From positions 63,798,001 to 63,862,000 of the forward strand of contig NC_043005.1 of the NCBI RefSeq assembly GCF_006345805.1: a DNA stretch of 64,000 bases. Direction: 5' to 3'. Of this stretch, positions 34,801 through 47,901 are shown piece by piece. The first letter of the stretch is position 1; each line of letters starts with the position of its first letter. This DNA comes from Octopus sinensis (lineage: Eukaryota). A model generated the notes under the pieces. The model saw only the letters and a program-made list of their open reading frames with translations, was not told where the DNA came from and did not search any database. A program made the translations under genes and the position numbers.

Positions 34801-35399
34801 AGTAAGGCGCATTAAGTGAGAAAGTAATGATTGTTGTCATTCTTACCAGGGACGAAATTGATGCTTTAAAAATCAAGCATTCTTCATGTAGAATTTAAGT
34901 GAGCTGCTCGAAAATGCTCCGACAGTTTAGTAAAGGATCTGGTATATCTGTGTGCATGTATCAAGGGCTACGGTCATTGCGCATCACTAGAGCCACGGGT
35001 GCAAAGTATAAACCATTGCAAGTGCACAAAGTGATGGTTTTTCTTCATTATTAGTGATATATACATATGCATGTCTAAAAAAATTGTTTTATGCTATGTA
35101 TATATGCTATATATATATTTACTTATGTGTATATGCTAGTGTATTAGCACGTTTGTGTGTCACATTTTCACGGACGTGTATATCTTGCTTTACATATGCA
35201 TCTATGCACAAATTTACCTATGATATCTACTATTTTTCTGTAATATACACGTGTGTACCTGCGTATACGAGTTCCTATACGTGTGCGTATGTGCGTGTAT
35301 CCAGTTGTAAGTATATGCCCATACACTTCGATGTGCGTGTGTGAGCGTGTATGCATATATATATATATATATATATATGCGTCTCAGCACGAACAGAAA

Positions 35400-35850
35400 A
35401 AAAAATCCGTATAAGCATTATCTTCTTTCAACTTCTACTTCCTTTTCTTTCTCTTAACAGTTACAACAGCGGAAGCTGATTACGTCATTTTCTCTAAACG
35501 AGAATGTGTACTTTCCACGTTCATATTTGAATTTTTGGCGTTTCAATAATTTTTCTCTGATTTTACTCATACTCGAATTTCATGGACATATAGCGGTACG
35601 TAAGCTGACTCAAGAAATCTCTAGTGAGAATTTTATTGATGTACCTGAGGGGAACTAGATCCAGAATGGCTCGAAACACGTGTTGTACCCAATAAATTCT
35701 ATTAGACATTCCATCTCTTATTTTATTAATACTGTTATCCTAAGCGCCACTACGACGTTCCTGCAGTAAATGTACGGATAACAACAGGTAATCGAAACTG
35801 CGCTGGTGCTTTACTCATCAATCATCCAATTATACAAATTGTACAATCTC
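35400..35850 (+). mobile_element. Probable isolated PLE terminal repeat (pseudo-LTR) remnant
   Basis: Unique segment between microsatellites carrying a hammerhead-like motif followed by AATAAA (35691-35696), the arrangement known for PLE terminal repeats. No ORF. The boundaries are approximate. Confidence 0.45.
35621..35705 (+). ncRNA. Candidate minimal type-I hammerhead ribozyme (slightly mutated)
   Basis: Stem I gtac/gtac extended to about 19 bp, CTGAGGG (35645-35651; A9>G), stem II gaacta/tggctc, GAAA (35673-35676), palindromic stem III cacgtg, cleavage triplet GTT (35682-35684). Confidence 0.6.
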
Positions 35851-35877
35851 TCCATTACATATATATGTATGTATATA

Positions 35878-35928
<51 letters not shown>

Positions 35929-35942
<14 letters not shown>

Positions 35943-36192
35943 GTATAACACATATTATTTCATTTTTTTACATGTTTCAATCATTTGAAGGGGGCCATGC
36001 TCGAGCACCGCCTTAAAGGGATTTAGTCGAAGAAATCAGTCCCAGAACATATTTTTTGTAGCCTCGTACTTATTTTATCGGTTCTCTGTTGCCGAAACGC
36101 TGGTTATGAGGACATAAACAAACCAGCATCGGTTTTCAAGCGATGATGGGGGACAAACACATACACACACGCACGCACACACACACACACAG

Positions 36193-36274
<82 letters not shown>

Positions 36275-36525
36275 GTATAACACATATTATTTCATTTTTT
36301 TACATGTTTCAATCATTTGAAGGGGGCCATGCTCGAGCACCGCCTTAAAGGGATTTAGTCGAAGAAATCAGTCCCAGAACATATTTTTTGTAAGCCTCGT
36401 ACTTATTTTATCGGTTCTCTGTTGCCGAAACGCTGGTTATGAGGACATAAACAAACCAGCATCGGTTTTCAAGCGATGATGGGGGACAAACACATACACA
36501 CACGCACGCACACACACACACACAG

Positions 36526-36600
<75 letters not shown>
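35929..36600. repeat. Tandem duplication, ~332-bp unit (SINE C tail plus flanking microsatellites)
   Basis: 35941 onward matches 36273 onward; one 1-bp indel seen (gtagcc vs gtaagcc). Confidence 0.9.
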
Positions 36601-36606
<6 letters not shown>

Positions 36607-36770
36607 TACGACGGGTTTCTTTCAGTTTCTGTCTGCCAAATCCATTCACAAGGTTTGGTCGGCCCATGGCTATAGTAGAAGACACTTACCCAAGGTACCA
36701 CGCAGTGGGACTTAATCCAGAGCCATGTGATTTGTAAGCAACTTCTTATCACACACCCACGCCTGCACCT
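35961..36770 (-). mobile_element. Composite SINE family C with duplicated tail
   Basis: Head at about 36608-36770; tails at about 35961-36160 and 36293-36493. Confidence 0.85.
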
Positions 36771-37784
36771 GTGTATGTGTGCGTGCGTGCGTGTGTGTAT
36801 TTGTGAGTGAGTGTTATGTGTTGGTATTTATGTATTTGTTATTACAAATATATGTGTTTCAGATATATCTGAAACCGAAACCCAGAAGAATTATCAATTC
36901 CATCAAATTCATCAATGTTGCGTTTCTTCGGCTCATTGGAGCGATGAGTTGTTGTGACTGTGAATATATACCTATTTTCAGCTAGGTGGATAGAACTATT
37001 TCATATTAACATTTTTTGGTCACGGACTCACTGATGGAACCGTGATATAAACAGCTGACATTGCAGCTAGTTGTCTTTTACGTTATCTCTTTATTTATTT
37101 ATATTGGCTTACATACAAATCAACAAATTACTTTCTCTTTCTACCTTTTGTTTTAATTTATATTTCAGGATATCTGATTGTAGATTCTTCCTTTAGGATA
37201 AAATAAAAACAGTAGGAAATAATACAGACAAAAAAATATAATAAAACAAAACGAACAACAATGCAATTAAAATTATTTATTTATGATTTCTTTATTTAAA
37301 TTCCTTTTCTTGTTTTTAGAATGACCTTTATAAAGTCATAGAATTACATTTCTTAATGATAGTATTGTTTGGGGGAAGAACTGACTGGCAGGGCGGTAAA
37401 TACAAGGTGACACGCTAATGTTTCTCGGATATGTTAATACAGTCATTTGAGACTAATAGGTGATTGTCGGAATGTGATAGACAAATTAATCAAGCATAAT
37501 AATAGTCTCTATTGAAAATCTGGCTTCAGTTCAAGCAGAAGAAGTAATAATTCTACTTAGCAATTTTCATTACATTGAACAAGGCATCATTTCACTAATT
37601 GCATTCTGAGGAACATCTGTATCCCGCAAGCATCCAATAGGTGTTTCACGAGGGGAATTTATTTAACCTATTGATTGACGTTTTGTTGTTCTTTTGTTTA
37701 TTATTGTTGTTTATTTGTTTTGTTTTATTTTTGCTTTGTTTTTATTTTTCAAACCACCAATTCTTATTAGCAATGAATAGATGT

Positions 37785-37794
<10 letters not shown>

Positions 37795-37866
<72 letters not shown>

Positions 37867-37977
37867 ATATATATATATTCATATATATATATATATGTAT
37901 GTATGTATGTATATATATATTATATTATATATATATATATTATATGTATGTATGTATGTATATATATATATATATTC

Positions 37978-38011
<34 letters not shown>

Positions 38012-38153
38012 TATGTATATATATATATTATATATATATATATATGTATGTATGTATATATATATATTATATATATATATATATGTATGTATGTATATAT
38101 ATATATAGTATGTATGTATATATATATATATGTATGTATGTATATTATATATA

Positions 38154-38227
<74 letters not shown>

Positions 38228-38360
38228 ATATGTATGTATATATATATATATAATATATATGTATGTATGTATGTATATATATATATATATATATAATATA
38301 TATATATAATATATATATATAGAGAGAGAGAGAGATAGATAGATAGATAGATAGATAGAT

Positions 38361-38405
<45 letters not shown>
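37795..38405. repeat. Long compound (TA)n/(TATG)n/(GA)n/(GATA)n microsatellite, about 600 bp
   Basis: Read directly; source of several spurious I/Y/M/C/V-rich ORFs. Confidence 0.95.
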
Positions 38406-38408
<3 letters not shown>

Positions 38409-38831
38409 GAAAATATATTTTGTTACTTCATACCCACAAAATTTAACTTTTCTCAAATATCCTTTATGCCATATAAGTTTCGTAGAAATGAAACGCTAAT
38501 GCATTTTTACATGGTCGCTTGCCCAGCTAGAAACAGAAACTACATCTCCCTCAAAGAGCACAGTGTGGAAATATAGGTGAAAGTGAAAAAAATTAGTACA
38601 TGCAACCTTTGATACACACGCATTACTCGTTGTGGTTGAAATGATAGCTTTAAACATTAATGTGTTCAGTATGGGCTGAACTAGTGGGTGCACTAATTAA
38701 CGACAATAATAACAGCTAGATTTAAGGAAATATAAGCATCTTATAGGCCAAAATATCTAGGTATGGTACATTAGCAAAAGAAATAAAATTATTTGCTATG
38801 AGTTCTTTATTTGAATATTATAGTGTAATTT

Positions 38832-39255
38832 AAGGCGGTGAGCTGATAAAACCGTTAACATGCCGGACAAAATCCTTAACAGAATTTCATCCGTTTTAAC
38901 TTTCTCTGTCCAAGGCTCGCCGGGGACGACCTTGCCCTTCATTTCTCTTGAACTCGATAAAATAAACACCAGTTGAGCATTGAGCTCAATGTAATCGGCT
39001 AGTTCCCCCACCCCACACCACATGTGTCAGATATTGTGTCTATAGTAGGCACAATGTAATTTAAGGGGGCGACCTGGTAGAATTTAAAGGGGCGACCACG
39101 CTGGACAAAATGCTTTGCAGAATTTCTTCCGGCGCTTTATGTTCGGAGTTCAAATGCTGCTAAGGTCGGCTTTGCTTTTCATCTTTCCGGGGTCAATACT
39201 TTATATACCACTGAAATACTGAGATCGATGTAATCGAATTTCCCTCTCCTCTTCC
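38832..39255 (+). mobile_element. Two adjacent degenerate SINE family B copies (38832-39010, 39063-39255)
   Basis: aaggcggtgagctg...cgaccttgcccttcatt...cgataaaataaacaccagttgagcattg, and a second copy with ggagttcaaat...ggctttgcttttcatctttccggggtcaat. Confidence 0.7.
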
Positions 39256-40399
39256 CTCAAAATCGTTGGATAATATAATGTAATTTGGTATTAACAAATA
39301 CTTCAAAATTTACAATCGACATTTTTTTCAAGTCTTCTCTTTCATAATGTAATAGTTTTGGTCTTTAAATATCATTATATAAGCTAAGTTCATCACCATC
39401 GTGTTGTCGCCGTCGTCATCATCATCATCATCATGTTATTCTTTTTCATATTCAGACTCACAACTACTATCACGATTATCATCACATCATCAATATCCTT
39501 ATCTCATCATCATCATCCTCAACATTTTGATTCTCGGTTTTTAGCTTTATTATTATGTTATTAAACCTTAATAACAAAGCGTCATAAATGAGAATTATTA
39601 ATCATCCAAACTATGACAAAATAAGTTGCCAATCGCACTGCTACTGATGACGAAACAACCCAAAATTTGTTTTTACTTGCAATGGTAGAGGGTTTCATAT
39701 GATGTTCAAATTTCAATTTATTGTCAGATTTTTTTTATATTTCGAGCAAGCAGAATATTTTCTTGAAAAAACAGAATGGTTAGGTTATTAAAGAAAAGGA
39801 AGGAATTAACTATTCTCAATATGCAAAAGACATAATTAGAATTAACTAATTCTCCTTCTTTGCATGTGTATTATAAATGGGAAAATTATATTACTAAATG
39901 TAAACTTAAAATAAAAAAAAAATTCCCGAAACGTATGAGGAATACCTTTACTAAATAATGAAATGAAACAATATTTTGACTCCATTACATTACTATTGAA
40001 GTGTGAACATAATTCTTTTGTCCTAAAGAGATGTTTTATTCATGCATCTCTCTATATTTCCTTCTCATTTTGTAAAATTGCGAATAGTTTAATGTCATAT
40101 AATCTTTAATAGCTTTAGATCTTCACCGCTTCATACTGAAAAGATCCAGTTTGATAAAAATAGCAGATGTTATTAAAATAAGATTAGAAGAAATAAAAAT
40201 CACTCAAATAAATCCGTTAACATATTTTTAATTCGTTTCACCAACGAGAAAAATACTACTAATTTGGTTTTTAGTAAGCCAACTTTTTCTATTGTCATGC
40301 GTATAAATGCCCATTCAAATCTTTAAAGTGAATAAAAATAAAAGAGAAATAAACGCTAAGTTTTAAACATAGTTTACAGCTTAGTGAGAAAAAAATCGA

Positions 40400-41900
40400 C
40401 TATTATCAGGCATGGAATCCGAAGTATAACACCAAATTACGACTAAGTTCAAGCTAGGAAATTGCTTGTATTTGCATCTCCTTGCAATTCTTGTTGCAGA
40501 ACATATTAGCGAATCAACAAAAAATGAAATTTAGTGTAAAATTATCGAAAACCAAAAGCAAATATGTATTATTATTAACTAAGCTTCATTAACTTCAAGG
40601 AATTCGAGAAATCTGTGCATGTAATTTTTGTAAAATGGGAATTATATAATCGTTCACTAAAAATATTTCCTGATTTGGAAGAATTAGAAGCGGCAACAGC
40701 AGAAATTGTTTCCAGCGTGTTACAACTAACATTAAATGATGCATGATTTAACACGTAATTTTGTTTTGATGTAGCGAGTACAGTGTTTGGACGAAAATCT
40801 GGAGTTATTACAAGAATAATTCAAACATTTCTTGACGTTCTAATCTGTCATTATTGAGTGATTGATTGTAATTTGTTTTAGATGATGGTTTAAAAGAAAT
40901 CAGTAACAAGATTTATGCTATTTACCATCAGCTTCATGAAAGTCAGCTGCAGTTTTAAAATAACTTTTATATCGAAATTGCCAAAATAGGCAAAATAAGC
41001 ACTGTTTTCCGTTCTCGATGGATTTTGTATTGACTTATATCCGCTAGAGCAATGGGGTCGCACTGTAAATATTTTCTACATAGACAAAAGTTTTCTGGTA
41101 TGCAAGAATTATTGACAAACATAACAGTTATAAGGCATTTATCATTCGTGATCAATATTTCGGATGAGCTTGTATTATGATCAAATGTACTGCGAGGAAA
41201 GGAAATGCGTTCACCAGAGGCATATAAATTCATGCGTACAATTAATTTGTTTATGCAATTAAAAATAGATTTGATATACATTAAAATAAAGTTATAAATT
41301 ACTTCAGAGTGATTTTTCGAAATGAATTGAAATTAGAGAACAGAAAACGTTTTACTCACTGACACGAGAATCAGTAATAGAGTGTATAATTAATTGCCAA
41401 AATCAAAGCGAGGTTATTAAGTGAAGAATAAATTATATAAAGAGGCTAATTTAGATTATAGCAATAATGTTGAAATATTACAAGTTTTAAACCTCATTTC
41501 ATGAAATACTGAAGACATCAATATCCAGTGGAAACAGTAATTTGGGAAAGTTAAAATAAAATCTTAAAATTTGAAACCGATTTAAATACTCTCCGGGTCT
41601 ATGCAGAAAATAGCTATTAATTGAAGGGTTTCTCTTCTGTTAAAAGAATAAACAAGGCAAAATATGTCATGAACATAATTGACATACCGAATCAGAAATA
41701 GATGTTTAGCAGATAAAATATTAATTGTCGTTATAAAAAAAATCATGTTTAAGGAGTTAACGCAAATCATGCTTTTTAAACATCAGTTCGTTGGGGAAAA
41801 CTGTTAAGCTTCTGGAAACCTTTAATCCATTACCATTTATCGAATGATGGATGAGATGTCTTCGAAAAGCTTTGCATACGAGAATTCATGTATTCAAACA
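40400..41900 (+). mobile_element. Heavily decayed hAT-superfamily transposase fossil (ZNF862/KIAA0543-like)
   Basis: EHISESTKNEI; LEELEAATAEIV; FCFDVASTVFGRKSGVITRI (DGASxMxGRKSGV-like); ISDELVL*SNVLRGK...EAYKFMRTI. Many stops; the limits are approximate. Confidence 0.55.
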
Positions 41901-42136
41901 ATAGTTTGTTGAGAAATCCGAGTATCTATTCACAAAATTTTAAAAGTTAGATCTAAAATACGATAGGTATTGATGTTCATGTTTGCTTGATAATTCAATA
42001 TAACTTAAGTTATAGTTAATTAACATTTCAAGATGTTATTTTATTCTTGAAATCTATATTTTATATTTCACAGATCACAATTATATTTTGACATAACCAC
42101 GTAGCAGTTGTTAAACTTTTGGAAACCTACTGATCC

Positions 42137-42248
<112 letters not shown>

Positions 42249-42249
42249 G

Positions 42250-42280
<31 letters not shown>

Positions 42281-42780
42281 GGTGGCTGCCCCCTCGTTAT
42301 CGAGTATGGCCATTGCACGAAGCTCAATCAATGTTGTTATCGTGCGATGCCTGTGCAAGAGGGTTTTTTCGAAAGTGAGGAAAGGATGTGCACTGAGTCA
42401 ATCCCACTCACTAAGCAACAGCAGTCATAATTCGAAAAGAAGAGCAAGTCGACATCATCGGTAACCACTGAGCCGCAGGTTTTATGTCGGAGTTATCCCA
42501 GTTACCTCAGTTAACTTCTCCTAGAAGGATACCCTAACGAAGGCTAGGAGTCCTTCACTCCCAATGGTTTAACCGCGCGATCGGGTATTCAGTCCGATTA
42601 TTCCTATGTCCCCGCGCATGATACATCCTTAAGACATTTATTGGATGGCCATGGACTCTCAAGAGTTCCTCCGCCCTTTGACGGGCTTTGTTTTTCATCC
42701 CGCAGGGTGTCCAATAAATACCTTCCTCACCAAGCAAGCTTGGTGGGGTTGCCGGTTTAGTCGCCGACGACCCGACCATG
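42281..42780 (-). mobile_element. Non-coding RTE-derived element (5'-UTR-like part joined to an RTE-type 3' end)
   Basis: GC-rich, ORF-less 500 bp between (GATA)n and (TA)n. Motifs ccctgcgggatgaaaaacaaagcccgtcaaagggcggaggaac, ggccatccaat, cctcactt, and terminal ggccatactcgataacgagggg resemble RTE UTR motifs from memory. Confidence 0.5.
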
Positions 42781-42851
42781 CATATATATATACATATATA
42801 TATACACACATATATATATATGTGTAAATATATATATACATATATATATAC

Positions 42852-42901
<50 letters not shown>

Positions 42902-43045
42902 AATATATATATGCAATATATATATAATATATATTATATATATATATATACACATTAATAATTTTTTTACGTTCAGTTCTAATAAAAATAATTTGATAAT
43001 AATTTAAAGGGTTACTCTATGCTTTTGTAGGGTACAAATTTATTA

Positions 43046-43150
43046 TTCTTATACAAGAATATTGTTCAAAGTTACTTCGAAGTTACGTTCAGCTAACCCA
43101 ACGTCGGACGAAACTTCGCAGTTACTCTCAACAATTTTCTCGTATAAGAA
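43046..43150. repeat. Imperfect ~105-bp palindrome (45-bp arms, 8 mismatches, 15-nt loop)
   Basis: ttcttatacaagaatattgttcaaagttacttcgaagttacgttc versus ggacgaaacttcgcagttactctcaacaattttctcgtataagaa. Confidence 0.75.
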
Positions 43151-43659
43151 GAATATATATATATATATATACAGAGAGAGAGAGAGAGAGGGTTCATATA
43201 AGATTTTTGGTGCTCCAAGTAATAAAATAGTAAATAGAGGACCCACAATAGTATTTTAAGGGCTCCCGAAAAAAATATTGTTTTAGATGTATGTATGGGT
43301 GCGTATTGCAAGAAACAGCTAGGTCTCTTTCTCTAACATTTTACATAGTTCACTCTACACAAGATAATGTGTGAAAAGCAAAATAGAAAATTTGAAAGAA
43401 GTTTCTATAAAACTAGTTTTTAAACATCGAATGGACATGGAAGTCCACCAGAATAAAACTGTAATGAAAGGCGTCCATAGATAAAAAATGGTTGAGAATC
43501 CCGACTTTAGCTTATATGATCTTTATACACTGTTATTCGGCATGAAGATGTTCTCGCAGCCTTCAAGTATGATCTCCACCAGTGCACTACTCTTGAGTCC
43601 TGTACTGTTACTCGTCTACATCTTGCTGAGTTACTTTAAATTGTTTTTTTTTTAAAGAT

Positions 43660-44330
43660 GGTTTTTAACAGCAGGTCAGCGGTGATACTAGGATGTGCTC
43701 AACAACGCCCCAACTTGCTATTTTAAGGCCCCATCTTGGACCAATTGCTCTCCTGCTAATTTTCCACCGCATTATGTTACCTCTTCACCGGTATATTTTT
43801 TGCGTCTGCCGCTCCTTCACTTAGGCAATGCTACTACCACCATATTCTAGAAAGATCTCCCTTTCTTCTGGAGTGACACAACGTGCGTAATTTCTTTGTT
43901 CGTAACTCATCATACCCCCAACCCAATTCTTTTCTCTGCTCCAGAACACGTTGCAGCACTTGCCTGTACATGCACAGTGCTACTATTTCTGAGACCACCC
44001 GGCCTCCCTTTTCCTCAATGACTATTTTACTTGTTGCAAAAAAAGTATATATTGCATTAGATGATTTCAGTAAAGATACATGAACATTGGAGAGAGAGGC
44101 TGAAGTTTAGCAGATCGTTTTGCCGACACATTGAGTTAAATAACACTGCATCACCTGTTGCTCACCACTTCACTTCAGCCATTCACACAATTTCCTATTT
44201 CTGACTTTGTGTTTTCTTTATATACATCGAAACACTCGTTTCTTGTTGTCATGAGGAAGAACTGTTCATGTTTCAACTTGGATACTCTTCACTCTTACTA
44301 AAGAACGAGCAGTTACGGTCACCTAACTAC
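43660..44330 (+). mobile_element. Decayed Penelope-like element 2, GIY-YIG endonuclease end (Neptune-like)
   Basis: FLCSRTRCSTCLYM; YFTCCKKSIYCIR...IGERG*SLADRFADTL; ASPVAHHF; a terminal segment resembling xLGTLxPxGxNER. Stops and frameshifts present. Confidence 0.7.
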
Positions 44331-44976
44331 GCCATAACCTTCCCTTCTATACATAACGCATTTAGGATGTGACTCATTATCTGCATGCACATTTACACCT
44401 ACATATCTATACCGTCACACAATGTAGATATATGACACATACATTAAGAATAGTACTCACTTCACAAATACTTACTGTTCTATATACATATACACGTAAC
44501 TGCATACAAACTCCTATATTTATTCAGATGTACAGCAATTTCTTGTACACAGATAATATATTTCTACACACCTCTCTCATCTCTTTATACACCTGTCTTC
44601 TCAGTGTCTTCCCTTGTTACCTTTCACACTGCTCTAAACACTCCTCTCTCTCTCTCTCTCTCTCTCTTGCTCTCCCCTACCTGCTCGTACTACGATATTC
44701 GTGACAACTCCATCTACTCTTGCAACCACTAAGTCCGTTTGTATACTTCCAGTTTAACGGTCAAACGCACATTCTAAAGCATGTAGTTGAAAGATATTCA
44801 CTTGCCTTAATCCGGTATCGTCTCCATTCTGGTTTCTTTTCTTTGCTTATTTGGTTCTACTCTGCTTGATACCAGGTTCTCACGAAATATCAGTCTATTT
44901 CATTTCCTCCTCATTTTCGATGTACAGTCCACTGTACACCACATTTTAACCTAATTCTTTTTGTTGTGTGTGTGTG

Positions 44977-45078
<102 letters not shown>

Positions 45079-45589
45079 TAAACTTTTGCCCACCACCATT
45101 TGAATATTTGCCTGCCTGTTGCATAGATACACACAGACAACTATCATGCATAATTATAGCATTTGCATGAAGTTGAATCCCAGTGTAGGAAGTTTGTGCA
45201 GGTAATTATACTTTAAACGACTGCGATATATATAATAACGTTCCATCTTGTTCGCATGTAGCAATATTCAGTTATCATGTTTTATTTTTGGACAGCTGTT
45301 ACATAATATTTATATAGCTCTTTCTATATCTATAACTATCAATCGGTCTGTCTACCCGTGTTCTCATCAATGAAAACAGAAAGCAGCTCGTCTGATGAAA
45401 AGTTATGATCGCGAAAGCTCTATTACAATACGCATTAAATGTTACACCGTCAATGTGACTTCGAGACGAGATTTAGCTATTTTGATATTTCTTTACGTTA
45501 TTCTGTACCTGAGGTTGGTAAAAGAAAATGGTAAAAGAAAAAAATAATAACGCCACACCCGCTATCATCAATTGGAGTTCGATCAAGAA

Positions 45590-45830
45590 TACAACGAGTG
45601 AAATGGAGTTTCTACAAAGAATACCTGGAGTTACATTACTCGACAAGGGACGTAGCTCGGAATTGAGGGAGGTCGGGCCGCGACTTCTCAGCACTAAAAG
45701 ATTTCAGCTCCGATACGACTGACATTGAATTAGAATGCAGCAGGAAAGAACCGCAAGGCAGATTTTTCAAGCCAAGACAAGCCTACCGGGCAAGAGACTT
45801 AGTTTTTTCGGCTGAGGTCGAGTTAGAAGG
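45590..45830 (+). mobile_element. RTE-clade (Rex3/Expander-like) LINE 3' fragment
   Basis: EMEFLQRIPGVTLLDKGRSSELRE...RLLSTKRFQLRYD*H*IRMQQERTARQIFQAK...GKR. Confidence 0.75.
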
Positions 45831-46606
45831 ATACTATGTATAGATTCATTTGGTCACACTTGGAAATAAAACCGGAAAGTGAAATAACGGTTGCTTCTGA
45901 TAGGACCCTATGGGAGAAGTGCCTGATGAGCAAAAGAAAACGACCCACCACCACCACCAGGATTAGTAGGCAGAAAAGATTAATAGTTGGATTGATAATG
46001 TGCCACTTTGTTGCATTGTATTTCTCATCCGTTCGTCCATTTGCTTTCAATAATACTTCACTGGTTGCTTGTTATTATTATTTGTCCAACAATATACTCG
46101 TCAATTAAACCATGCATATCTGCGTCAGCCTACAGTCAACAATCTGTGTTTCTGTGTGTGAAATCTATGTATGATTTTAGAAATTTCTTCACATAAATTT
46201 ATATAACTTTTATATTTTGCAAGATGATAACGTGAACAGAGCTTAAAAACGCGCGCTTGTTTACCAGCAGAATGCTACGCCATTATCGATTATAATCCAC
46301 TCTCGGCCGGGAAATGATGGATGTACGAAATGTTTAAGTGTTTATAATCCCAACAATTGCAAACTTATAAACACCTACACACACATACTCACACACAATA
46401 TATACATAAGTATATGTGTCGGTGTAAGGACTAGTGGTTTCTCTTCTATAAATGAAAATGCATTTACGCATACACAGACAAAAATATAGACACACACATG
46501 TGTGAAGAGAGGGAGAAAGAAATTTGTGTGTATACGTATTTACATTGACATATACACACATACATTCATATATATATATATATATATGTATATACATATA
46601 TATCTA

Positions 46607-46646
<40 letters not shown>

Positions 46647-46786
46647 ATACATATATATCTACATATATATATACATATACGTGCATATATATATATATAC
46701 AAATACATATATACATACATATATATATATATGTATGTATATATATGTGCGTGTGTGGTGTGTAGATGTAGACGTATATATATATA

Positions 46787-46839
<53 letters not shown>

Positions 46840-46874
46840 GATTGATAGTTATAGATGTAGTCAACTATGATAAC

Positions 46875-46928
<54 letters not shown>

Positions 46929-47670
46929 TTTTCAGCTGTTAAAATATATAACAAGTAAAACAGTGATGGATTTAGAGAGTAGACTATAAACCTATTAACT
47001 GAAGACTGATATGAAAACACGATAGAAAATTATAGATTGTCGTAGGAAATAGAAAGAGTACAGACGTGTGAGAAATGTGTTGAATAAATATAAATAGTGG
47101 AGCCATATAAAATTGATTTCCGATAACTGTTGGAGAAATATTTATATAATGGTCAAATGCTGTTTAAATATTCTTGTTTGGTAATATTCAGAATGCCAAG
47201 TCAGTGAAAGCTGAAGACAGAAGTAAATATAGAAATAGAGAATAGGCATAAAATTTGAAGCTTATCATTGATGAATTCTCTATGGCTAAGGGCTAAATAT
47301 TAAATTAAATTCCTAAAACGTTTTACCCCTCTATCATATTCATATGTCAGCGATAAAGTCACGGTAGTGCTCAATATCCTGACACAGATATGAGACGACA
47401 GACTACTCGATCTCAACGAATTGAACACTATGCAATAAGACAAGAGTAATCTTTTACTAATTTAAAATCTTATTCTTTTACTTATTTCTGTTATTAGAAA
47501 ACGGCCTTAGTGGTGCACCCCAATGAAGGATTTTCAGTCGTCTATATCGATTCCAAAACGTATTTTTTTAAAACCTGGTATTTACTTAACTGATTCATAC
47601 ATGTCCACACACAATATAGTTTTTATACATGCAAACTCCGTCCCTTTCTCCTGCTTTCTTTCTTTCTCTT

Positions 47671-47701
<31 letters not shown>

Positions 47702-47860
47702 AACACACATACATAGACACACAGTGTATGTATGTGTGTACAAAACCCATACATATATGGTTATTCGTTATACAGTTTTTATGTCTGTCCGTGTAGAATT
47801 TGTTGGGTAGTAGATGACAAAAGAATAGATATATGCCTTGCATATTGGAATATCACAATG

Positions 47861-47901
<41 letters not shown>

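Noticed and set aside
37641-38456. Long ORFs rich in I/Y/M/C/V (also at about 11741-12275, 18735-19414, 26944-27317, 46334-46838, 51131-51677)
   Set aside because: Translations of (TA)n, (TATG)n, (GT)n and (CT)n microsatellites, which lack stops by construction.
41505-41545. CTGAAGA...GAAAC within the hAT fossil (similar chance cores at 24385 and 28858)
   Set aside because: No stem I or valid stem III/NUH geometry; expected by chance.
45380-45425. CTGATGA...GAAA hammerhead-like core
   Set aside because: Stem II does not close (a/c) and only 2 nt separate the putative cleavage site from the core, so stem I cannot form.
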